Below, piece after piece: positions 24,401 through 36,400 of a stretch of 64,000 nt of DNA. A model generated the notes under the pieces. That model had not been told where the DNA came from. It saw only the letters and a program-made list of their open reading frames with translations, and searched no databases. Each line of letters starts with the position of its first letter. Within the stretch, counting starts at the first letter, position 1. The DNA lies in the NCBI GenBank assembly GCA_963924565.1, contig OZ004615.1, positions 18,662,001-18,726,000 of the forward strand, read 5' to 3'. The DNA comes from Ascidiella aspersa. Lineage: Eukaryota. Position numbers and translations under genes: made by a program.

Positions 24401-27400
24401 CTCTTTCCATATATTATTGTTATATTGTAATTCTAAATGTATAGCCAATCCCCAAGGCCTAAATGTGAAAAAAAATCGTGTTTAAAACTGCTTTCTATAC
24501 TGTAGAAGAGGGATGGGTAGAATGTGTTTTTTAGAGTCTGTGACTCGGTACAAAATCGTGCACAGTTTTATGAGACATTGCGATATTTAAATACTGCAGA
24601 AACTGAACGTATGTGCAGTTTTTTATTAAAAAAATAATAATTTGTAAGTTGTGGCAAACTTTATTGAAAAAGTTACATTTTGAGAAAGTAAAGAAAGATT
24701 TTATCTTTGATTGCATCATATGTAACCTAAAACTAAGCGATCAGATTTAAAAGGTGCCTTTAATCTTATAATATAAATAATACTTCCGAGCGTAAGAATC
24801 CTCTGGGTTTTACAAAAGTTTTCATACACCGACCCGACGATCGGGGTGTAAATGAAAAAAAATACATCAAAAACCCATAAAGGTGTTGGCACAATGCGCA
24901 AAACCAGGCAAATTTCCCTGTTTTCGTGTTTCAAAGATCTGCCACGATCTTGCAATCACACGCCGCCGATAATAATAATAATTCGCAGTCATGTGAATAT
25001 CTCGTAATCCCTCCTCGCTGCAGTGTCATTGCGCGTTCGTTGGAAAAACAACAACATCGCTTAGCATTTGCAAAACTGTGCAGTGTAAGTAAGGCTTTGT
25101 TGTAAGGCCACTACGCCTAATGTAGCGTGCGTGCTTGAAGCTAACTAACGCATAATTGTTGTGTTTTTTTTGGCAAAGACCCGTTAACGCCTGCCAAAGC
25201 TATGTTGAGCTACGACATAAACGTGGCCGAATCTTCGGGCTATTTTGGGAAATTCTCTGTTTACGACTGCTCGGCGTACGTTCCAAAATACAAGATTTAG
25301 GCCGTGACCCCAGCGGAGCGCAATTTAAAATTCAAAACAACGTCAGAAATGTTCATGACGTCATCGTTTCGTGCTGTAGTGGCCTACGAATCGGTTTATG
25401 ATCTCCACTGAAATGTTAAAGTCAAAATTTTCTTGAAATGGGAGGTTCCAGGACCGTTTAAGGTAACATGCAAAATGCTAATTGAAATGGCTACTGCGTA
25501 AAGGTGATAACTATAATGCTAACAAGCTTTAATATACACAACTGCAAAGTAATGTTCGAAGTGTGTGCCTTTGTGCATATAGAGATTTTCTAGTGCAGGG
25601 GCGGGCAACCTTTTTAACACATTTTTTGTAAGGGCCAGTTAGGAAATTTAATGCTTACAGGAGGGCCGCACATCAAATAAACACTAATTGATATTTTCAG
25701 TTTTTACTAGAAAAACACAAGTACAAGCGAATATGAAATAACATAGCAGACACACATGTGGATGTTCAAATAGAAGTTAGTGAGAAGGCTGATGCTGGAT
25801 ATTTTGAACCAACTTGTCAATGTTTGGTTCCAGGCCAGATGTGCATAGACGCAAACTATTTAACAGCCTTAATTCAAAACCAGCTGTTAAACATAACATC
25901 TCAGTCAATATGCGTTGCAAAAGTTTGTTACACCTTGACCGTACAAGACAAGTGTAATTGTTGCAAAACAATTCTTTATCATACCAACGTGACACAAGTA
26001 AAACTTTATGAATAAAGATTGTTTTGTAATAGATGCTTCCCATTCGAGTTCAACAACGGCATTAGTGTAGCTGTGTAGCCTATGGGTTACATCGCACTTC
26101 AAACAGGAAACTGAAAGAGCAAAGGTTCCAACATTGGTGCACACAAAATTACCTTATTTAGGGCAAAATATCTGCAAGAAGGCGAAGGGCCGCACAAAAA
26201 CTGGCAAAGGGCCGCATGCGGCCCGCGGGCCGCACGTTGCCCGCCCCTGCTCTAGTGTGTCACGGGGCAATTTTCTAATTTTGTAAAAAAACAAGCACTT
26301 GAAGCTTTTACACTATGTGTTGGATAACTAGCAATATTATATTTTTACCTAGTACCTTGTCGTATTGTTTGAGTGATTGTTAAGTGTTCCACGAATTTTT
26401 TTTTTTAGTTTGCCACAGGTTGAAAAGGTTTGAGAATCACTGCTCTGAAGTATTATTAACATAAAATAATATTAAAAACTGTGCGCTGAATGAAAGTTTT
26501 TCTACGGTGTTAATTTTTCACTTTGATTTTAAAGTAATATACACATTACGCGGAAAATAAAACTACAAGTCGATTGATCAATTCAACACGACATAAAATT
26601 GGCGCGATCGATTGAACACAGCTTTGACGATGATAGACAGAACTTTATTAGGAACATCAAAGCAAAAAGTGATACACGAAAATCTCTTCTTAATTAGAAG
26701 GCTCTCCCAGGAGTCTCATAGATATCAAACTAGGGTCATTTGACAAACTCCCTGCGGAACAAAATACCATTACCCATCACATTCAAGAATGCTTTCTATA
26801 CTCACGCAGTAGCAAGGATTGATAGTATTGTTTCAAATTTGATTCCATATCCCTTCCAGATATTATTTTCATGCTTTAATTATAATGCTCGACAAGGCAA
26901 CCGTGCCTAAATGTGACAAATTACCATTACCCAGAATGCTTACAAATTATATCTATACTCAAGCACAAACGGGTTAAATATTTAAAGATGTTCATGCATG
27001 CCTAGAACTTGGGCTCTTTGATAAAGTTCTTTTACATGTGTATTTAAACCGTCGTTATGGTAGCAGCAGTTTAATCAAGCGGGCGTTGACATAATAAAAT
27101 TCACATAAGTTTACCGCGCCAAGTCACTTAAACAACCCATTTAAATATTCCAGCCGCCGAAAACGTAAACCAAAATCGCCTTTTTCTGCCATATTTCAAT
27201 CCCACATGTCACAATGGATTTTTGGCGACGTAACAGTTGCCTTGCACTATGTCGCATCTCATCAGTTCGGGCTTAAGTTCAATCGAAATATTTCTTTACG
27301 ACACTCGTCATATTTCACAGGGCATCCGAGCTGTCGAGATGTTGTCGCTTTTGGAGAGGGGAGAAAGACTCCCCCAGCCGCCTTCCGCGACGATCGACAT

Positions 27401-30400
27401 CTACATGGTCCTCATCAAATGTAAGTAATCTCTTACGGTTTACTCTCGGCTTGTAAGCCACTTTATATTTTTAGGCGCTATTTTATTGACGACTGACTTT
27501 ATGACTGTCAAGGTTTTTTTATGCCAGGAAAAATATTAGAAAAAAAGTTACTGATATAACCATACCGACTTAGTGCTTTCCTATTCAACACACAAGCTTA
27601 GAAACTGAGCTAAACGACAACCAGCGATAGTACTGCATCGTGTTGATATGTTTACTCACGTAATCAAACTAATCTTAATCGTAAACTGAAATCCTAATAA
27701 AACTAATTTCAACATTTAACTACTTTTTGTATATTACTTTTGGTTTGAGAGCTTTATATAAGACTTATGTTTTTGTTTCACAGCAGTGTTCACATTTCAC
27801 CATAAAAATCAATTAATGTACAACACTATTTTTACTATTATATTTTACTTTTCTTTAACATAATGTCAACCCGACTGTAATATGTTACCCATCACTCTTG
27901 TTTTGTAATCTTTAAAAGGACTGGTTCACCTCTATTCCCACGCATATTATTTTCGTTCACTATATTTAAAACAACAGAACTGAAAATCACGCCGGAGTTT
28001 TTTTTAATATGTAAGATTCTTTACTGGACCCAAACCCTTGAAAACTCACTGTGCATGATAAGCCGTGCAATTGACCTTCAACGCAGAACGTTGACCCAAG
28101 ATTCCAAAAATAATTCCCTTTACGCACACGCGGTTTGGCGCATCTAGTGGCAGCTTCTGCTAGTTTAATTGTCTTTAAGTAATAAATCAGTTATTCTACA
28201 AAAATGATAAAAAAACTTAACAAAAATTCAAAGATATCTTTAAACAGAGAAAACGGTTATCTAGCCATTCGCCCGCTATAAAAATACAAAATGTCAATAC
28301 ATAAAGACTGTATGAAATAAGCTATTGCTGCCAGCCATAATATATAACCGAGTGTTGCTCATCCAGCAGTATTATATAATCAATCGACGTTGAAGGCGTT
28401 CTGTATAGGACATCGAAACGTCGATTGACTATATAATACTGCTGGATGAGCAACACTCGGTTATATAAGGACTGTATGTTGTAATTAAAGCATCCATTAC
28501 GAAAAGATAAATTGCAAAATTCTTACTGAAAGCAGAAAAGGCTTATATAAAAGTTCAAATCGCAAGAAACAATATGCGTCCTTAACCCGGCACTCAGATC
28601 ACGGTTTCCCGCTTTGCTTTAGTTGTCGTTTTATGCCTCGCTTCACGCCAGCCCCCCGTGACGTCACCGCAAGCGAAAGCACGTGACGTGACGAGACAGT
28701 GGGTTTTGTGACGTCGCGCTGTTTTGTTTTGGTTCGAATCGCTCGTATACAAGCTCTATATAGTATAAAAGACATCGTTCGTGTTTGGGATTTGCTTTTT
28801 CAATGCCGCCCGACACTAAGTAATGCTTTAACTCGTGAACGCCCCCTTTTTGACTTTCATTGTTTAACCCGACGCTTGGCTAGTTCTGAAAGATGCCAGG
28901 CCCTTTTTACCGAGGTAAATTTGGAATGCTTGTTACAACGCTGAAAAAAAAAGATACAGTACTCATCTGGCTTGGTTGTTATAAAGAAAGAGAATAATCT
29001 AGTTAATTGGGTGATTGAGTATATTCAACATCAAAAATCTTTAAACTGCATTATCATATTGTATTGCCTGTTTTTTTGCTTGCAATACTTGAATATAGGC
29101 ATTATCCTTCGATTGTCATCGCAGTTGTTGCAGCAATGATTTAAATGAAAGAACGTAAATACATAAAATGTTCGGTTTTCGTTGGAAAATTTAGATATTC
29201 AGTCATGCTGTTAACACATATTTTGTTGAAATTCAAAATATCATCAAACGCTTTCAAAACGAAATTATTTTCGAAACCCACTTGAAGCATTGGAGGAGTG
29301 TGCAGCAATATGCAAATAGTCATTACTCTTAGCATTTCGAGCAGCAGACTGCAGATGCTGCCGTGACTTCTTGGCAGAATTACAACCGGTAACACATCGG
29401 AAGTATGACGCAGCAACACCTCTCGTTGCATAACGAAACTCCAGTGTACGACCTTAGCTGAAATAGCAGCCTCGTCTTTAAACTTTTCCTTGTTATATTC
29501 ACTATGCAGTATGCACGTATCGGTAAATTGTAATGTAGCTTGAAAGTGAATGTCAAAGTCTAATAGGCCGTAAATCGAAATTATCGTGATGAAAATGTTT
29601 TTATACGCACTTGTATCATCACCGGTTAATGTGACTGAAAAATATTCAAATCCTCACCCACAAAAGGTGGAGCGCAATTCTTACCATTCGGAGTTTCTAA
29701 TTTGTTAAGCGCGTTAATTAAAAGCTTCAGGTGTTTATGCGGTGTTAACGTTCACTTCGGGGCTTTCCTTTTTTACTTTAATCCCAGGCCGGGGCGGCCT
29801 TGGCCATTTAAAAATGATTGGCATTTTTAAACAGAATTTTCACCCGTTTTTTTGCTACTAGATGTGTCCCATAATATTGGATTTTAGCCAATACCTGACA
29901 CTAAATGGTATCATTACTCGTCTGATCCTAGGGTGGTTGTCGGTGCCTGTTTGATGTAAATTGATTAAGGAATTTCAGCCATGATTTGTACGCCAGTGCA
30001 GTGATTACTACTTTTTAAGACTATCGTTTTTAGACCGTCAAAGTTTAAACCTAAAGTTAACAAATAAAAGCAAATTTTTTCTTATTATCCGAAAAAATAA
30101 ACGTTTATACTTCAGCAATTTTGTCACTTAATTTCGTGGAAAAACAAACACAAAATTTGGATTCATTCGACTGGATTTTAAGCGCAAACTAATTGTTATA
30201 ACTATACGAAAAAGCGGAAAAAAGCACAGTTAAAAATGTGGACCGGGGTATACTTTTGAAGCGGTCGCATGAACTGGCCTCGTGTCGAAAATGCAAAAAC
30301 GTACACAGACACGGCGTATGCGTTTTCCAGAGAGGATACGAGCCGACCTATGTTCCCCTCGATTTGCAGAAAACGCGAGTTTTTGACTCGCAGTATACTT

Positions 30401-33400
30401 CCTGTCTCGTCAGCACACGTAACCCGTCGCGTGTCACGTACGCCCTGTGTCGACTTTTTTCCCGCAACTTTTTTTTTGACTAACTTTCCTAAGGTTGTGA
30501 GAACGCGGTCGATAACCCTGCTGATGTTCTTCACAAATCTGCATGTTTCGTATTGAAAGCTTAAAGGCCGTTTCATAATAAACAGCTCCTCGTAGTTACA
30601 TTTCTTCTTCAACGTTTTAACCACCAAATGTTCGCCGTCATTCACCCTGTAGCGTAGAAGACGACTTAAAAAGGTCGCCCAACGTTGGAGAACAAATACA
30701 ATTACCGGGGCAGCTGTTTTTTTTATTAATATTTTGTCTCGTATCAACAGTTTATATATTGAAGCCCATTGTGTTTTGAAATGTGTTTAGAAAGTGCCGT
30801 AGTGAAACTAATTACCATTTAATATTGTCTTGACCATGACATTCCAATTGCTTTGTCTTCCATGTATATTTACAAAACACAGCGAATGATTCACTTTTAG
30901 GTCTTTAAAAACCTATAGTATTTAAAAATGTTTTTGAGTGTCTTTGGATTCATATCACAAAAAAAGGTGTGGCAACCCTTGTATCTCGCGCATCCAGCCA
31001 AAATAACCTCACAAAGTGTCACTCATGTTCAGAATTAACTGAATTGCACACTTCAACAGGTTGGATGGTGGACCGAGCCTGCAGACCAGATTTCCACGAG
31101 CTCGTCCAAGAATTCACCACGATGGCGAAAGACCCGAGCCGCTACGTCGTGCTCAAGGTAATATTTGATGGTATTATGTTGCGAAAATCCGAAAATCGAC
31201 CTCGGAATTTACCAGGTTATAATAAGAAGTACTAAGATGTCGCTGTGACTATAAGTTATCCGATATTGTGGGATCGGAGGCGATACCCGATACTATGTGG
31301 TACTATCGGTACTAGTCCGATACTAGTTTTATGTAGTGCTTATCAGATACCAAATTTTTATAGGAATTTCAGGCGTCATTTGCGATTCAACTTTGAAGCG
31401 ATTCTACCTTAACGCTAAGATTCGGCAAAAATAGTAGGTCTAAAGGTTTTATTGCAACTATTTTGCTGGTTTGAGAATAGTAACGACGTAATTTTGGGTC
31501 GAATCGCATACTTGTATTTTACACGACCGCAAGTATTATGTTAACACCAGTTGCTCTAACGTCCAACTGCAAGACTAGATTTTTGTAAAAAAAAACGGCA
31601 TTCATGTGTTTGAGTGAACATATTTTTGACTTGTTTGTTTATAGTCAAGCCTTTGGACTGTTCCTTAATTTTAAAAGATTAAAAATATTTTTACAGAAAA
31701 TGCAAACGGAATTATTATTTATCTATTTACCTCGAAAGGCCGTTAGACTTAATAACATTGCTAAAATAAAACCTTTTATCGTTAAAGAATGTCTCTTTAA
31801 GACTGTTTTGTAAAAGAAACTTCAAACAAGGAATTACTTTTTTCTACTATCATACTAAAACACTCATTCGTTAGCAAGCGCTATTCAAAACAGGGAGTCA
31901 GAGTCGGCGTTCAGTTCTAACCCAAAGCTTTTTAAAATTATAAAAGACATTCTAGGAGATCGTAACATAGATGCTTCGAGAATTTTAAATTGCGATAAAA
32001 CTGGAGTACAAACGGTGCAAAGATCATGTTCCCAAATTTTAGCTCACATCAGATCGATTGGTTCTTTAAGCAGTGCGGTGCGAAGAAAAAACGGTAGCAT
32101 TGATGTGCGCGATGAGCGCTGTTGGCCAGCACATTCCTCCATTTTTATTTTTGCTCTCAAAAATCTTTTTTTTTTCTTTTTAATGTAAACGTTCAATTGT
32201 TGCCTCTAACTCTGACCACAATGATCCTGTGGTACACATCAGTTCTGAACTCACTGCTACATTCTTCCTCAGAACGACCCGGGATCGGCTGCTGCTTGCA
32301 TCACAAGTCCGAGTCCGACCGACGAGATGCAGTTCTTCCGCAAACTCCTTGAGGAGGAAGAACTGGGAAGCGACGGGGAGCTGATGGCCGAGGAGCCGGA
32401 TCAATATCTCCTCCACGACAACCTCGCGGTGAGTCGTCATCGGCAGCAATTTTACTTCAAATCTTTAGTGTTTTACTGATAGGCAACGTTTCTATACTTG
32501 AAATTATAATCGGGTGAAATTTGAACTCTCGCCTTTTGGAATGCGCGACCACTTCTCTACCCATTAAGTTTTTTCTAACAACTTGGGTGATATTTCAACT
32601 CCTTGTACTTGAAATACGCAACACCTGCTCCTACAATGAAGCTATTTATCAGCCTGGGTAAGGTTTGAACTCCATATCTTAGGATATCTGGAATACGTGA
32701 CCACCACTCTTCCTACTGTCAACCATTTCGGATTAGATTCGAACTCACGCCTGTTGGAGTGCACACTGCTCAGCCAATGCTATTACAAAAGAGCTATAGC
32801 AAACTTTGGTTGGTTTTAAGTATTATACCATAACCGCGCTTTAAAACACCATGGGTGGGGTTCGAACTTGACTCCTCGGGAATACGCCACTTACAGCTCT
32901 GTGTACTTACCACCACTCCCAGCACATTATTTTGCTTTGTGTAATGCTTTTAGTTGTTTTGTTACGCACGGAATGCCTGTCGTGTCGGCCTGCGCTTTTG
33001 TGTTGTTTAAGTTTACTAGCCTTGCGTTTAACAGCTATGTTTGTGTAGTTTATTTATTTTCATTGGAAAGTATTTCATCTCGTGAAATTATAAGATGGGA
33101 CATTTCGGAAAAATTCCCCTGAACTCGACTCATCAAAACAACTAACGAGTACTACTCGTCGCCCCGTATACTCGGCACTCGTATCTTGTTTTATGTTTAA
33201 ACGTAAGATTTGCGAATCAAGATAAAATTTATTTTGTCCCATTTGAGTATTAAAAAAATGAACGCAAAAAATAGCACTTGGACAGCGAAAATACTTTAAT
33301 GGTTATCTACTGCCAACTGATCGTATCTGATTGCTCAAGACGCATGTCATTTTTTGTTTGGTTTTGTTTATTTTTTTTGTTTGACTGTTTGTTCGTTGCC

Positions 33401-36400
33401 ACTCGCAGCACAACCACAGCCACCAGCTGCAAGGCAACCAGTACACCACCATGGTGTCCGTAAATTCGGCCGGACGACCATTAGGCGTAAGTATTCCTTG
33501 CAACGTCACAGTGTCACGCTTTGGCCTTAATTCGGCCGCGATTGGCGATTCGGGCGATCAGCTTAGATTCTTTCTCTGCGCGCTTATGTCGATTTGGCTT
33601 GCATGTTTACTGACACTTAAAGGTCGCGCCTTCATTACCTGCTGCCGAGGAAAATCCCGACTTTCTTTTTGCTTTGACCTGCTTCGTTTAAAACAGGGGT
33701 TCTTAAACTGTTTTTACCGCGGACCCCTGAAATTTTGTTTTGCTTTACACGGACCAGCAAAGGCAAGAAATTCTTAGTGATGACGTCATTATACAAACAG
33801 ACTTTAGAAATAGGCTATTTTCTGTCCCAAAAATGTGAAATCAAATATAGTGTAAGAATATTCAGTGCAAAAACGTTTTATTTTTAACTATAGCCTACTC
33901 CTTTCTTTGAAAAATAGATTGCTTGAATATACACTAATTGTTCAATTAGGCCTTCATGGACCCCCTAAAACTAGTTGACGTACCCCCGAGGCCTCCATGG
34001 ACCCCAGTTTAAGAACCCCTGGTTTAAAAGCACGTTGGACTGATTAAATTCCGCACGGAAAGTAGTAAATTGGTTTGGACGCTCAAGAACATTTAGTTCG
34101 TGAAATGACATTGACTATTTTTTTCTTAAAACGTTACCCGTGTTCCACGGTTAATAGACGTATAACAAGAATTTGCTAGTTAGTTACCAAAAATGCGCGT
34201 TAATCTCCTGAAAAACCAAATATGCGTTAAGTCGTTTAAAACGCATCTCATTAATATGGCAAAACTAGAATGCGTGAGAACGTTTAAGTGTGGCGACAAT
34301 TTTAGGTTGTAATGATGTGAAAAAAGCCGTGGTATTACAACTCTCTCTTATTGCGTGCAAGTTTATATAAATTCAGTTTATCTGGTGACTTTATTCTTTT
34401 TTTTCTTCAAAGAGGCGGGGTAATTAATAAAACCATGTATAAACCGGCTAATATCTTGTTTTTTGGATGAGTGGGAGTTTTCCGTATGGTTTCCAAGAAA
34501 CCTGTTGTAAACGTCAGGAAGATAAAAATCGATAGACCAGCATTTCCGCGCGATACGAAATCACCCCCAATCGCCGATTCGAAATACATCTTTAATTTCC
34601 TTCCCTTATCAACCGCAATTTAAAAGAATTATAGCCCAGGTCCGATTTCAGCTCCGACGGTCGAAAGGCAGAAACCGCGCCTTTCGTTCCGGGAGAATTG
34701 TCCTTTCAGCAGGGACAGAAAATGCCGAACACCGCCGCAATTTCCCGTTCTGCTAATCGAGCAATCCAATTTACGAGAGAAGGCCCCCTCCATTTTCGCG
34801 CAATCCACACTTCCTTCCTATAACTCCCTTTAAAATCGCTCCAGCCAGCGACTGAAAAAAGGCGAAGGGTGCGACGTGTCAGCCGATACTTCCAGCAATA
34901 GCTCGCTTCGTTTCGCCTTCTAGCTTATAGGGAGCGCGTCGTTTATATCCAGCCTATGAGAGAGCTGTTGCTTTGGCTTGAGCACACGGGAGAAATTCTT
35001 GTATGAGCGGATGCACTCGGCGCTTGTACCATAGAAATGCTGTCCATAGATCTTTGGCCATTGTGCTGCTGCTTTTGCCGCCTTTTTTACTAAATGGCAG
35101 CGTCTAGTCGCGATTTCTGCGAAACCTAGAGAAAAACACCCATAAGAACTTGATATTTCGCTGTTAGCGCAAAGTTTCAGGCACTGATTGCTTGTCGTAG
35201 TTGTTCAATCAAAAAATAATTCGAATTTGTTTAGTTAACTCTTGGTATAGAGGTACATTAGTATGCCTATTACCCAAATGACGATAAATGCTTTTCTCAT
35301 GTTTTTATTCGCTTTATTGTGTTTTTTACACAGCTTCACAATAAATTTTTTACAAGTGATACATCTCCCAATAATGTAACTACTGCTTTAAAGCTGTGTA
35401 AAAAATCACTAAAGTCTCCCTGTGTTTAATTAATCTTTCGATTAACATAAGTTTAGGCGTTATTTGTTGCAACTTAAAACATAGGTATACCCTGTACACC
35501 TAGCCTCGGGGAGATGGGCTTAAAGAGTGTTCTTTTTTTTTTTTTTTGGTGCTAAACTACTTTTTTTTTTTGCATTTGCATGGCAATAGCTTTCGTGTGT
35601 TGCATGGTTTTTGCTATCTTTTGTGGCGGAATAATTTATATAGCTGCCACGTGCAACCGTTTTGTGAATGTTTGCATACAAAACACCAAATAGATTTAAT
35701 TTGTTCTAGGTGGACATGTCATAAAACTTATTTCCGCTAACTTTTTTTTTTTTTCTAAAACACAACAACTGTTAAAAAATGAATCATATGCTCGCTCGTT
35801 TTACTTCAAAAGCTCACTTACTTAACCGATAGTTCGTTTTTAATTATTTTAATTTGCCTGAAGAGCCACAACATTTCATGAAACTACCTTGCAACAAAAG
35901 CTTATAACTTTGCTTGATTGCACAAAATCAGGCTGAGCATTTATGTCGCTTCTCGTGAGAATGCAGGTTTAATATTTAAACCATTATGGGTTGAAATCTA
36001 GTGTGACCTTAAAAAGACAAATCGTAGTGAATAAATTTAAAAACAACACAAAACCAATCCTAAAATAGAGTGATTTAGAACGATTTAAATGATTTTGAGT
36101 AAATATTCTTCTTCAGATGAAGCACGGCTGTTCAAAATTTTGTCCATTTAAACAGTAAATAACTATCGATTTATTATCCCAGTCCCCTTACAGATTTTGC
36201 CTATTATACGAACACGACAATCGCATGACCTCCAGTGTTAACCAAACAACTTAATTCGCAGCCGGAGTACGAAAACCAGACGCAAGTATCCTCCTCCGGA
36301 CACAGATCCCAGCATCCGAATGGCTCCGCCGGGAGCGCCGAGACCTCATTCATCGAGGGTCCGAGAGGACAGCGCCTCTTCTCGCGGAACACTCCTTCGG

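Noticed and set aside
30202-30747. 181-aa minus-strand ORF in an EGFR intron
   Set aside because: Non-ATG start, no recognisable domain, overlapping ORFs on the other strand; likely a GC-richer non-coding island.
36194-36261. Upstream acceptor ttacag for the EGFR C-tail exon
   Set aside because: Leads to an in-frame stop; acceptor 36261 keeps the frame (PEYEN).
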